IMG/VR virus record: IMGVR_UViG_3300020402_000001
Location: 1 to 61,808 of that record
Strand: one strand, 5' to 3'
DNA from: a virus
Taxonomy: Duplodnaviria; Caudoviricetes
Length of the DNA stretch: 61,808 bases
Below the pieces are notes generated by a model. The model did not search any database and was not told the DNA's origin. It worked only from the letters and a program-made list of their open reading frames with translations. Of the stretch, positions 46,422-55,621 are shown piece after piece. How positions within the stretch are numbered: position 1 is the stretch's first letter; every line of letters begins with the position of its first letter. A program made the translations under genes and the position numbers.

Positions 46422-47651
46422 TTAAATACTTTCAAATACAAATAAGTGACCTGTACCACCTGCTTGTTGGTTGTTACCACCATTTTGTGTTGATGCTGGT
46501 AGAGTATATAAACCTGCAGGTGTATAATTAGATCCCAACGTATGGTTTCCTGAGTTGATGGTATGATTACCAGGACTTCCTGGATTTGAGTTACCACCTT
46601 GGTTGGGATGTCTTCCTCCGTTACCTGCGTTACCTGCGTTAGCAGTAATAAAAGTTGATGGTGATCCGAAGTTAGATGCGTTACCCGCACTTCCACCATT
46701 ACCTGGGTTACCAGCATTTCCTGGACTTCCACCATTACCTAATGAGTATGCATGACCTTGTGATCCAGAGCAATCGTGAACCGAAAGGCCGTATCCGCCT
46801 CCGCCACCTTCTCCTCCGCCCTGGCCCGTCCACTGAGCCTGGCCTCCGCCTCCGCCTCCGCCACCTCTTAGGTAGACCATCATTTTAGAAGCGTTAGCTT
46901 GAGTAGTGTGTGTACCACTTCCTGAACTTGTGTTTCTGAAAGGAGCGAATCCTCCTCCACCTGCAGCTCCAGACGAAGCCGCTGTTACTCTTCCTTGAGC
47001 ATCTACAGTAATTGATGCAACTGTATAATCTCCAGCAGTTACGGCAGTGTTTGCAAGTTTATCAGCAGTCACAGCATCATCCGCAATATTAGCAGTGCCT
47101 ACTGCACCATCCGCAATAGCTGCGGCTACAACAGCATCATCCGCAATTTTTGCACTAGTTATCGCATCATCCGCAACTTTTGCAGTGGTCACTGCGCTAT
47201 CAGCAATTTGTGCTGCAGCTACTGTGCCACCTAAAGTGTCTAATGACACTTCATTTAAATTTGTTCCGTCTGCATAAGCTGCATAAATTTTTGCAGCGTC
47301 TAAAGTAAATCCTGAACCTGAAGCAGTTTTGATTGTTAAATTTTCAGGATTAGTTAAACCTGTTGCATCAAAGATATAAAATTTTTCTATTGAATCTGGA
47401 ATAGTACAAACTGTGCTCGCTGCAATTGTTGCAGTTGCAAATTTGATAACCATGTTTCTTGCATTTGATAATTGAGCATTTGACATTACAAGAGCAAGTG
47501 TACCACCACTTGATAGTGTAACTTGTTCAAAACCTGATACGGCTTGTTGAATTAAATTTAAGTTTGTATTTGTTTTGTCGCCCCATGTACCCGCATTTTC
47601 ACCGGTAGCCATTAGCTCCAATTTTAGATCTGATGAATAACTTGATGCCAT
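46422..47651 (-). CDS. Tail fibre with 10-aa IADxAVT repeats and Gly-rich C-terminus
   Basis: GENAGTWG N-terminus, VDAQGRVT, GGGGGGG and GNxG repeats. Confidence 0.75.
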   Translation of the reverse strand: MASSYSSDLKLELMATGENAGTWGDKTNTNLNLIQQAVSGFEQVTLSSGGTLALVMSNAQLSNARNMVIKFATATIAASTVCTIPDSIEKFYIFDATGLTNPENLTIKTASGSGFTLDAAKIYAAYADGTNLNEVSLDTLGGTVAAAQIADSAVTTAKVADDAITSAKIADDAVVAAAIADGAVGTANIADDAVTADKLANTAVTAGDYTVASITVDAQGRVTAASSGAAGGGGFAPFRNTSSGSGTHTTQANASKMMVYLRGGGGGGGGQAQWTGQGGGEGGGGGYGLSVHDCSGSQGHAYSLGNGGSPGNAGNPGNGGSAGNASNFGSPSTFITANAGNAGNGGRHPNQGGNSNPGSPGNHTINSGNHTLGSNYTPAGLYTLPASTQNGGNNQQAGGTGHLFVFESI

Positions 47652-47688
47652 AAAAAATTCTCCTTAATAAGTTCTTATTTTACATTAT

Positions 47689-49158
47689 CTAAGCAGCCAA
47701 ATCAACTGTAGTCCAAACATTTGTAACTCCTAAGTCAACCTCTTGCCATGGTGTAATATTAGGGTCGCCTACAGAGCTAGTCAAGACTATGCCTGTAACA
47801 GCTACATTTGCATTAGATTGAGTGGCCTCTTCTCCCATTGCTGACGTCAAAGATAAGCCAGATACCCCAACAATTTGAGCAGGTATTTCAGTGGCATTAC
47901 CAATACTTGTTGATAATGCTTGACCTGTAACTGGCTCTACAGTGCTCTGTACAAGAGCGTCATTGCCAAGTGCCATATTCATTGCAATACCTGTCACATC
48001 AACAGGTGTGTTTTGGAATGCCTCTGCAGAACTAATAGCACTTGTTAAAGCTTGTCCTGTCACCTCTTCAGTTGTTGATTGTTCTAGAGATGGAGATCCC
48101 ATTGATGAAGTCATTGTGTGTTCAGACACAGTCAGTGAAATATCTTGATCAACTTGTATTGAGAAAGTTCCTAAAGTTAATGAAAGTGATTGACCAGTTA
48201 CGTTTGCTGTAAAGTCAGTTGATGCATCTTCATTTCCAATTGATGATGTTAAAGATTGACCTGTGGCAAGAGCAGAATAATTTACACCCCATCCTAAGTT
48301 ACCCCAGGAATCTCTACCCCAACCTTCTCCTGTTAAAATTGATTCATCAACAGTTGCTACTCCTATACTTGTAGATGCAGTAATCCCAGTAACAGGTACA
48401 CCAATACCAATAACACTAGATCCAGAAGACATTTGCAGTAATCCTGCAGTTGTAACTTGTTGAGTATGCGATGTTCCAGAAGTGTCATCACCTTGAGATA
48501 TTGTTAACGATTGTCCAGTTACATCAACATCTGCATTCGCTGACATTGTTTCTGAGCCAATGGCAGTAGTTAACGATTGTCCTGTTACAGAAACTGTTGG
48601 TGCATTTAATTCACCCCATTGGTTTTCACCCCAACTATCTCCACCCCATCCAACTTCTATTACACCTTCAGCAACTACGCTTCCAATAGCTGAAGTTAAT
48701 GCTTGCCCTACTATCATTGCATCAGGAGCAGCATCAGCAACACCTATGCTTGAAGATAAAGCTTGTCCAGTTGTTATTAAAGTTTGATTGATTGTAACAA
48801 CTTCATTACCTATAGATGAAGTTAATGATTGTCCAGTTACATCAACTGAAACATCAATTGATGCTACTGCAGCTCCAATGCTTGAAGATAAACTTGAACC
48901 AGTTACAAGATTTCCAACTTGTCCCCACTCACTGAAACCCCAAGTGTTTGCACCCCAACCATTGTTAAGTAAATCTATTGTTGATGATCCAACAGATAAT
49001 AAAGAAGCTATACCTGTTACTGATTGTTGAGTATTGAGTTCTATTGTTTCATTGCCAACACTTGAGGATGCACTTACACCAGAAACAACAACTGTGAAGT
49101 CATTTTGTGCTCCATAGTTACCAGCGTTCCAAGTGAGTGATCCCCAAGTATTTGACAT
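47689..49158 (-). CDS. Repetitive structural protein (WG-x3-WG-x3-WG and VTGQSLTSSIG repeats)
   Basis: 489 aa, Ser/Thr/Gly-rich, no Lys and only one Arg. Confidence 0.75.
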   Translation of the reverse strand: MSNTWGSLTWNAGNYGAQNDFTVVVSGVSASSSVGNETIELNTQQSVTGIASLLSVGSSTIDLLNNGWGANTWGFSEWGQVGNLVTGSSLSSSIGAAVASIDVSVDVTGQSLTSSIGNEVVTINQTLITTGQALSSSIGVADAAPDAMIVGQALTSAIGSVVAEGVIEVGWGGDSWGENQWGELNAPTVSVTGQSLTTAIGSETMSANADVDVTGQSLTISQGDDTSGTSHTQQVTTAGLLQMSSGSSVIGIGVPVTGITASTSIGVATVDESILTGEGWGRDSWGNLGWGVNYSALATGQSLTSSIGNEDASTDFTANVTGQSLSLTLGTFSIQVDQDISLTVSEHTMTSSMGSPSLEQSTTEEVTGQALTSAISSAEAFQNTPVDVTGIAMNMALGNDALVQSTVEPVTGQALSTSIGNATEIPAQIVGVSGLSLTSAMGEEATQSNANVAVTGIVLTSSVGDPNITPWQEVDLGVTNVWTTVDLAA

Positions 49159-49174
49159 AAAAACATTTTACCCC

Positions 49175-49624
49175 TTATGCTATTCTAAGAATCGCAGCAG
49201 AAGTAGTAAATGCAGGGAACTGAATTGTAAAAGTTCCAGAAGTCGCTGTTTTATCTCCGCCAAAATCTAAAACACAAACAGCGTCAGTAGTGTTTGAACC
49301 ACCAGCAGTTGTTGTGTTGTAAATTAATGCTCCTCTTGCAGTAAGTGTTACACCTACAAATGATAAATCAGCAAAATCAGTAATAGCTGTATTTGTCGCT
49401 AAAGATGTTCCCACGTTTACTAGTGCTTTTCCACCAGCTGTGTATCCTGAAGGCGATGATACTTCATTTGGTGTAGCATAGCCTACAGTAGATTTTCCTA
49501 AAGACGCAGAGTTAGTATACATAGCTAATTTGTACGTGCTACCACCTGGGTTTTGGAATTTATGTGCTCCTTCTAATAATTCTTTTTTGAAAGAGTTACA
49601 GATTGCGTTAGTTGTTATTGCCAT
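49175..49624 (-). CDS. Virion structural protein
   Basis: SFK.ELL, GYTAGG, TARGALIYN, LDFGGDK. Confidence 0.7.
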   Translation of the reverse strand: MAITTNAICNSFKKELLEGAHKFQNPGGSTYKLAMYTNSASLGKSTVGYATPNEVSSPSGYTAGGKALVNVGTSLATNTAITDFADLSFVGVTLTARGALIYNTTTAGGSNTTDAVCVLDFGGDKTATSGTFTIQFPAFTTSAAILRIA

Positions 49625-49641
49625 AAGGCCTCCTTTTTAAA

Positions 49642-50301
49642 TTAATTGTTTGGAGATGGTGATGGCACTTTTACTCTTGGTACACCATCATCATACTCCG
49701 CACGTCTTCTTCTGCCCATTTGTTGTAAGGCAAAATTTTGTAATTCTTCATTATACTTACCTTTATACAGGTTGTATAGGTTGTCGGGACCTTTTAAAAA
49801 GCTATATGCCTCAGTAAGGACACCATGTAACAACATAGACTCTTGGTATTTAGCCAAAAACGTCTGGTTAGTTGAAGTAAATTCTGGTGGATTTTTTATA
49901 TAATTTATTTGAACTGTATCTGCAGCAGCAGGAACTGGAGCCACTATTATATTAAACGCATCGTAATTAGCAAAATACTTTGGTGTGCCTTGTCTTCCTG
50001 TTCCGTTAAACTCAGATATAAAACTTGTATCTCTTTTTTCTAAAAAAGTTCTACCACCTCCTGAACCAATGTGTTCAACAGATCTTAAAACTAAAGCATC
50101 AGCGGGCATAGAAACGGCTCTATTGCCAGCTGTAAAAGTTGATGTTGCATATTTTCTTGTGTCGTCATAGTCCACTTTACCTGCTACATCTAACTCAACA
50201 CTTCTTATGAAGTCTTGAATTATTGCATCAGTCAATACATTACTACTTACTTCTGTATAATTTCTGACTTGTGTTAAAAAATTTGAATGTGTTACGGCCA
50301 T
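49642..50301 (-). CDS. Head-tail adaptor-like protein
   Basis: G.PKY, .APVP, LL.G.L.EAY motifs. Confidence 0.65.
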   Translation of the reverse strand: MAVTHSNFLTQVRNYTEVSSNVLTDAIIQDFIRSVELDVAGKVDYDDTRKYATSTFTAGNRAVSMPADALVLRSVEHIGSGGGRTFLEKRDTSFISEFNGTGRQGTPKYFANYDAFNIIVAPVPAAADTVQINYIKNPPEFTSTNQTFLAKYQESMLLHGVLTEAYSFLKGPDNLYNLYKGKYNEELQNFALQQMGRRRRAEYDDGVPRVKVPSPSPNN

Positions 50302-50747
50302 TACGATATACTCACTGTTACGTTTCCAATTAATACTCTAGCTTGTCTTCTTACATTTTGTAAAGAAGGATCCTCAGGAACCATGCTATGTATAGTAGTG
50401 GTTAAACCATTTGATGTTGTTTGAAACTCTTGTGTTTTAAAAGCAAATTCGCCTGGTAAACTTAAATCTGCAACACCTACTGAAGCTCCTCCACTATCTG
50501 AAACTGTTCCATCACCAGCTGTTAAAAATTTTTGTGTTGGTTGTTGAAACTTCATAACTCTTGGGTTTTGAAGAGCAATGGCATCAGCAACTGTACGTCT
50601 TCTTCTTATCTGAGGATGTTTTGGCTCAAACTCTGTGTAATGAACTAATGATCCATTCCACTCCTTGACCATTTCTTCATACGGAAATTCCATGCCTGAT
50701 CTATCAGATATAGCTTTTGATCTTTTACCTGTTGCAAATGTTCCCAT
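50301..50747 (-). CDS. Conserved-type phage protein
   Basis: AISDRSG..F.Y..EW.G..E.KHPQ. Confidence 0.7.
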   Translation of the reverse strand: MGTFATGKRSKAISDRSGMEFPYEEMVKEWNGSLVHYTEFEPKHPQIRRRRTVADAIALQNPRVMKFQQPTQKFLTAGDGTVSDSGGASVGVADLSLPGEFAFKTQEFQTTSNGLTTTIHSMVPEDPSLQNVRRQARVLIGNVTVSIS

Positions 50748-50749
50748 TA

Positions 50750-51445
50750 TTAAACTCCTGATGGATAAAATGATTGTGGACTTATGTAAACAGACGTTCT
50801 TTGACCGTCTTCATCTAAAGCTCTTTTCATTTCATCTTCATATATTTGTTTATTCTGTTGCACTAATTGTGGGTTAATTTTCATAGATAAATAATATCCT
50901 AACCCTGCAGCCATACATGGTAAAAATCTGTAAGCAACATCTGCCTGATTGTGGTAAGCACCTGCATCTTCAATTCTTTTTAAAACATAATATTTCAATG
51001 CAGTGTAAGTATTTAAATCTGGTGTTTGATACAAACTTATTTTTGGAGTTGTTTGTCTATCTACATAATATTGTGAAGGAGTTCCTGTTGATAATTTATT
51101 AGGAATCGCTGCATATGCAGATCTATCAATTTTTGTAAGTGATACATCTTGTGTATCTGAACTATCAGAAGCCGTAAGAGTTGATGAAATAAACGCCTCT
51201 AATACATCGCTTACGTCAGATGCTACAGTGTAGGTAGCTTGTCCTGAAACTAATGCTTTTTCATTTAATTCAACCTTCCAAAGATGAATACCTCTGTTTC
51301 CCCATTCTGCAAATAACAAATTTAAACTTGTACGTGCAGATTTTAAATCATAACCAGAATTTGTTCTTACACCACAACGTTGATAGCCTTCTTGAATAAT
51401 ATCATCTATATCTAGATCAAATGATGTAGTTCCTGATGTAGCCAT
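50750..51445 (-). CDS. Head-tail adaptor-like protein (P22 gp4-like position)
   Basis: ARTSLNL..EWGNRG, G.PSQY, FLPCM.AGL.YY. Confidence 0.65.
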   Translation of the reverse strand: MATSGTTSFDLDIDDIIQEGYQRCGVRTNSGYDLKSARTSLNLLFAEWGNRGIHLWKVELNEKALVSGQATYTVASDVSDVLEAFISSTLTASDSSDTQDVSLTKIDRSAYAAIPNKLSTGTPSQYYVDRQTTPKISLYQTPDLNTYTALKYYVLKRIEDAGAYHNQADVAYRFLPCMAAGLGYYLSMKINPQLVQQNKQIYEDEMKRALDEDGQRTSVYISPQSFYPSGV

Positions 51446-51618
51446 TATAATATATCTTTATAGTAATCTGTTAGACCACCTGTTTTCATACCAGGTAGTT
51501 TGGGTTGTGTTCTAATTGATTTATTTTTCTTTTTTCTGTCAGCACGTTCCTTTTGTACCTTTTCAATTATTTTTCTTATACTTTCACCAATAGGTCTCAA
51601 ACCTTCTGTTCTAGCCAT
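51445..51618 (-). CDS. 57-aa basic protein missed by the track
   Basis: Ends GMKTGGLTDYYKDIL, similar to the C-terminus of 195..1163. Confidence 0.75.
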   Translation of the reverse strand: MARTEGLRPIGESIRKIIEKVQKERADRKKKNKSIRTQPKLPGMKTGGLTDYYKDIL

Positions 51619-51892
51619 TTTTAAATCCCTTTAATAAAGGTCCGTAGTATTTAACTAAAGACGCGTTGTTTACTTTTTTACCTGCCAATTCAGAATGCAT
51701 GTATGAACCGATATAAGGTTCTTGCTTCATTTTAGTTCCAGGTGCTTTTGATGTTGTTTCGGAGAATGCAGCTCTGCCCATGGCTGCTTTCATAACTTTA
51801 CCTGCAGGCACACAGTTAGGCACCATCTTGTTACCTTTTTTCTTCATGCCTTTTTGAACGTATCCGTCCCAACAAGTTCCTTGCTTTGCCAT
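51611..51892 (-). CDS. Basic protein with CWDGY..VPNCVP module
   Basis: 93 aa, AGGAGG RBS. Confidence 0.75.
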   Translation of the reverse strand: MAKQGTCWDGYVQKGMKKKGNKMVPNCVPAGKVMKAAMGRAAFSETTSKAPGTKMKQEPYIGSYMHSELAGKKVNNASLVKYYGPLLKGFKNG

Positions 51893-52026
51893 TAGTCCTC
51901 CTTTTTAGCGGCCGCTTTGAGAGTGTGTATCTTCTCCTTTTTGCGGTTGTACAACTTCTTTGATAATACCACCTTTAATTTATATAATCTAGACCTTAGA
52001 TTTTTTGCTATGGGGTTTTTAGACAA
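51892..52026 (-). CDS. 44-aa basic peptide, ArfA-like pattern; missed by the track
   Basis: TTG start, SKNPIAKNLRSRLYKLKVVLSKKLYNRKK, TAATG-coupled downstream. Confidence 0.6.
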   Translation of the reverse strand: MSKNPIAKNLRSRLYKLKVVLSKKLYNRKKEKIHTLKAAAKKED

Positions 52027-52495
52027 GGTCTTTTGCAGAACCAATTACGGGCTTATATTTAGTTTTTCCCTCTGATTTGTATGCGTGTAAGAATTGTTTT
52101 CTTGGTTGGTCAGTAGTATAGCTGCAATGTATCCATCCACTGTTTGGCTCGCCTGGAGTATAGAACTCTAATATTAACTGATCGTAGTCTAAATTCTTAT
52201 TAATCCAATCAGCTAGCTCTGCATTATCTGTTCCCATACATTCGAAATCAGCCGCCTCAGCTTTGGCATGCTGTGAATTTACAGAGCTACCTATCTTTAG
52301 ACACAGCTGTTCACTACGGAAGCCGCTTGTCACCTTGACCCTACCAAAATGGTCACGTACCGGCTGTAGAATATTTTCACAAAGTGCTTTTAGTTTTTCT
52401 ATTTGACCTGAGTTAGGATTGTTGTTGATATCAAGCCTGACAGCAGTGTCGGATTTAATTAATTCTTGAAGTGTAAAATTACGTGATAAGTTCAT
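52019..52495 (-). CDS. Endolysin, peptidase M15A family
   Basis: NFTLQE, SGFRS, SQH..AEAAD, WIHCS zinc ligands. Confidence 0.88.
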   Translation of the reverse strand: MNLSRNFTLQELIKSDTAVRLDINNNPNSGQIEKLKALCENILQPVRDHFGRVKVTSGFRSEQLCLKIGSSVNSQHAKAEAADFECMGTDNAELADWINKNLDYDQLILEFYTPGEPNSGWIHCSYTTDQPRKQFLHAYKSEGKTKYKPVIGSAKDLV

Positions 52496-52977
52496 ATAAG
52501 ATTTATATTAATGTTGATTCTAACATCTGTATTAGTTTGTGATATAGCTCTATGTTTAAGTTTTCCATCAAATTCAATTAATTCATTTTCATTCGAAACA
52601 AACTTTTCTCCATTTTCAAACTCTGTATACCCATTATTACTGTTTATGTTAAGTAATGCAACCCTATGCGGAAATTTAAAATCAACATGAAAGCTAGGTT
52701 TTCTAACAATTATTTGTGGATTAGCTGTATACATATTCATTTTTATTCTTAAAAGTTTTTTGAAATTTAATTTACCTAATATTGGCAATGCTATAATATT
52801 AAAAAAATTACTTTTTATTTGTTCTTCGTCAAATAATGTATGGCAATAAAAGAAGTCTTTATCAGATTCTAATGTAGCATACTCATAGAAATACCAAGGA
52901 ACATCAAAACTAAACAAAAGTTTTTTTAAATTTTCAAATTGATCTGTATCTAAAAAATTATTTTTTGTCTTTATCAT
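52492..52977 (-). CDS. 2OG-Fe(II) oxygenase-like protein
   Basis: FHVD..N.NNGYT.F..FDG...H..R.NIN. Confidence 0.8.
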   Translation of the reverse strand: MIKTKNNFLDTDQFENLKKLLFSFDVPWYFYEYATLESDKDFFYCHTLFDEEQIKSNFFNIIALPILGKLNFKKLLRIKMNMYTANPQIIVRKPSFHVDFKFPHRVALLNINSNNGYTEFENGEKFVSNENELIEFDGKLKHRAISQTNTDVRINININLI

Positions 52978-53608
52978 TCATTTGATAGAACATTCTATCT
53001 GAATCTTCTGTTACCATTTTTGTATCTTCCGCATCCCAGTAAGTAGTTTGTACTTTATAGTCTGGCCAGCTGTTATCAACAGTATAACTATTAACGTGCC
53101 ACAGGCAACGATTATTAGGCTGAGCTGCATAATTGCCATTAGTGAGAGCCAATATATGCGCACACTTATGTTCTTGAGGTATTTCAGAATGTTCAACGTC
53201 CAAGATATTAGTATCTGGATGGGCCCAATCAATAGTGAATAAATACTGTCCATGATAAAACTTTTTATCAAGGCCCAGAAATTTGCCATTTAAACCATCC
53301 AACCAATCAAAGCAATGAACACTAGGCCAATAGCTAAAAGAGTTCCACAACTCCAACTGCTGTGTTGACATATCCGGCACTTCGGCTCTAGAAAAACGTT
53401 TTTGAAAAAACGCTGAAATAGGCAACCTCCAATAGCACGCACCATTTGGAAGCATAATGTTAAATAATATTGCACGACCTGAAATGGAAGTAAGACCAAA
53501 GATAACACAGTCACTACTAAGTTTTTTATATTTTTCATCCATGTCATAAAGATATTCTTTTCTGATTTTACAATATATTGGAGGAATGTTTGCGTTCAGA
53601 TAAGCCAT
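52958..53608 (-). CDS. Conserved-type phage protein of unknown function
   Basis: YLNANIP, RLPISAF, YLFTIDW, EHKC, AQPNNR. Confidence 0.8.
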   Translation of the reverse strand: MAYLNANIPPIYCKIRKEYLYDMDEKYKKLSSDCVIFGLTSISGRAILFNIMLPNGACYWRLPISAFFQKRFSRAEVPDMSTQQLELWNSFSYWPSVHCFDWLDGLNGKFLGLDKKFYHGQYLFTIDWAHPDTNILDVEHSEIPQEHKCAHILALTNGNYAAQPNNRCLWHVNSYTVDNSWPDYKVQTTYWDAEDTKMVTEDSDRMFYQMNDKDKK

Positions 53609-53705
53609 GTTTATATTTTTCCCTCCAATAGTTTTTTCTTTCTAAGATTCTAATTCGTTTTTCTAGTATATCAAATCCTAAAAGTTTTTTTAATAAATAT
53701 ATCAT
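53568..53705 (-). CDS. 45-aa hypothetical protein missed by the track
   Basis: MIYLLKKLLGFDILEKRIRILERKNYW.., TAATG-coupled. Confidence 0.55.
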   Translation of the reverse strand: MIYLLKKLLGFDILEKRIRILERKNYWREKYKHGLSERKHSSNIL

Positions 53706-53914
53706 TATTCTAATATTAAGGACTTGATACCTTTTCTCCCTTTGTAGATCTCTGTCTCTGCTTTACCCTTGTAGCATTTGTAAGATACAGATTCAGAATA
53801 CTCCCTCTCCGCGTGACGCTTCCCACGAAGGCACGCAGCCATGTTTTCCTGAATTAAGTGTTCCTTGATCTCTCCGTTTACAAACATTAGCAGGGCCACT
53901 ATAGACTCAATCAT
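53705..53914 (-). CDS. Small Cys-containing protein
   Basis: VALLMF..EH..CL..KR..Y.C; start MIESIV. Confidence 0.65.
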   Translation of the reverse strand: MIESIVALLMFVNGEIKEHLIQENMAACLRGKRHAEREYSESVSYKCYKGKAETEIYKGRKGIKSLILE

Positions 53915-53987
53915 ATTTCCTCGCATAAATTAATATTGATAAAACTATAATTGAAACAATTATTCCTGTAAAAAATAAACCTATCAT
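53907..53987 (-). CDS. 26-aa single-TM peptide missed by the track
   Basis: MIGLFFTGIIVSIIVLSILIYARKYD, ATGA-coupled. Confidence 0.5.
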   Translation of the reverse strand: MIGLFFTGIIVSIIVLSILIYARKYD

Positions 53988-54412
53988 TCTGCTTTCTTCT
54001 TTCCGTTTGTGTATCCAAGATCTCTATTTGCATCTTTGAGCTTTTCAATATCTATCAAAACCTTGTCCATCTGTCCTCTTAAAAACTCGATGTTTACTTT
54101 ATTTAAAGCCATATTCTCAATATGTTTATTTAACTTGTCTGTTGTCTTATAAAGATCTTCGATCATCATGAATTGCTCAGAATCAGCGGGCAGTGAACCT
54201 AGTTGTCCACGTGGCCATTTTATTCTAAACTCTGTATTCTCTTCTAGATCCTTTTCCATAATCTGTATACGAGTGTCTGCAACATTAAGACGTTCTATAA
54301 TTTGAAAATAGCCCATGGTGCCGAGTGCTACGATAACGATCAGCGAGGCAACCGTCTTCATAGGCATCTGCACGGCTGCCTCTTCCGATATGTTGAGTGG
54401 TTTCTTACTCAT
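53984..54412 (-). CDS. TM plus coiled-coil protein (possible lysis accessory or spanin-like)
   Basis: N-terminal TM helix, coiled coil, WPRG motif. Confidence 0.55.
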   Translation of the reverse strand: MSKKPLNISEEAAVQMPMKTVASLIVIVALGTMGYFQIIERLNVADTRIQIMEKDLEENTEFRIKWPRGQLGSLPADSEQFMMIEDLYKTTDKLNKHIENMALNKVNIEFLRGQMDKVLIDIEKLKDANRDLGYTNGKKKAE

Positions 54413-54415
54413 AAA

Positions 54416-54640
54416 TTATTTTGACCAAAGCCAGTCTTTGACTTTTTTAAATGGCCATGAAACTATGTCCCAAACCCATTTTATAATTTTTTTTGCCATA
54501 TCATCCTCCTTTATTATTTGGTGATTACAGATTAAACAATTACAACCAGGCACTGTCAAGCATTGAGCAGTGTTTGGTGTAGGTCCAACTCCTTTACAAT
54601 GACAAGGATGAAGACAATTTATACATACTAACATTTCCAT
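54416..54640 (-). CDS. Cys-rich mini-protein, possibly two overlapping short genes
   Basis: CxxCxHxCHC..CxCxxC, then an internal GGAGG RBS before MAKKIIKWVW. Confidence 0.55.
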   Translation of the reverse strand: MEMLVCINCLHPCHCKGVGPTPNTAQCLTVPGCNCLICNHQIIKEDDMAKKIIKWVWDIVSWPFKKVKDWLWSK

Positions 54641-54936
54641 CTTCTTCTTGCCTGTCTTATTCTAGAATTAGGATCATTTCTAGTTTTTGCACTAGCTCTT
54701 TTTAATTGTCCTAAAGATCTTGCACAATAACTTTTTCTTCTTTTTGCAGCCTTTGATCCTGGCTTCACTTTACCTGTTACAGCTGTTTTTAATTTTGATC
54801 CTGGGTTTGCTCTTCTATAAGCAGCCACACCAGCTGCAGTCATTCCCGCACCCTTTTCAGTTGGTCTGAAATTTTTTTTATTTCGAGCTGGCATAACATC
54901 ACCACCTCTTTTATATGCTTCTAATTTTTTATACAT
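54628..54936 (-). CDS. Basic protein with GAGMT..RRKSYCAR module (DUF6321-like)
   Basis: 102 aa with an N-terminal YKRGG tag. Confidence 0.7.
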   Translation of the reverse strand: MYKKLEAYKRGGDVMPARNKKNFRPTEKGAGMTAAGVAAYRRANPGSKLKTAVTGKVKPGSKAAKRRKSYCARSLGQLKRASAKTRNDPNSRIRQARRRWKC

Positions 54937-54937
54937 A

Positions 54938-55246
54938 TCAACCCGTATAAGTTATCGTTACGCTTCCACTTGCTCCAGTTAAATTATACACTAATCCATT
55001 CTTTAACAGTATACCAGATCCAGGTACATAAATTTCTAATCCTTCAGTCCCATAATTAAACGTAGCTTTTGCATTTCCAGGTGAACTAGCATCAGCAGAA
55101 TCATAAAAAACAATTGCTGCTGACGCTATACCTTTTGCTTGTATAGAGGTAATTCTCATTCTCCCAGCTTTGCCAAGAGTATTTGCACCAACAGTAGTTA
55201 ATGTTAGTACATTTTGATCTGATGAAAAACTACCTCCACCACTCAT
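54938..55246 (-). CDS. Small beta-rich virion protein
   Basis: P.SGIL..G motif, paralogue-like to 55249..55578. Confidence 0.65.
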   Translation of the reverse strand: MSGGGSFSSDQNVLTLTTVGANTLGKAGRMRITSIQAKGIASAAIVFYDSADASSPGNAKATFNYGTEGLEIYVPGSGILLKNGLVYNLTGASGSVTITYTG

Positions 55247-55248
55247 AA

Positions 55249-55578
55249 TTATTTATTCGTAGTTGTTAGGTTAGGACCTGAAAACTTATCTGTTAACAAA
55301 GTATAAGCTGTAACATGTGTTTTTGTTTTACAAAAAATACCTTGTGGAAACAAAATACCGTCTTCTGGAAAATTAAAATTAATAACATCGCCCGTTGGAA
55401 CATCTGCTTGAAATAAAGTCGTTCCAGAGTTTGAAGTCGTAGTTAACTCTAACACTCCTGCACCACCGCCACTTGAAGCAATAATTATTCCACGAAGTCT
55501 TACAGGTGCTGCGATAATTGCATTCGTCCCTGCTGCTGCATCGGATCTTGTTGCTTGTATGTCAGTTTTAGCTGCCAT
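55249..55578 (-). CDS. Small beta-rich virion protein
   Basis: RLRG..PEDGILF..G motif. Confidence 0.65.
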   Translation of the reverse strand: MAAKTDIQATRSDAAAGTNAIIAAPVRLRGIIIASSGGGAGVLELTTTSNSGTTLFQADVPTGDVINFNFPEDGILFPQGIFCKTKTHVTAYTLLTDKFSGPNLTTTNK

Positions 55579-55594
55579 TTTATTCTCCTAGTTT

Positions 55595-55614
55595 GTGGCT
55601 CCCGAAGGAGCCAC
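55595..55614 (-). promoter_or_regulatory. cUUCGg tetraloop hairpin without U-tract (mRNA stability or processing)
   Basis: GTGGCTCC-TTCG-GGAGCCAC between two late genes. Confidence 0.6.
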
Positions 55615-55621
55615 TAATTAA

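Noticed and set aside
46422-47651. Diversity-generating retroelement or invertible fibre cassette
   Set aside because: No reverse transcriptase, recombinase or template/variable repeat pair was seen.
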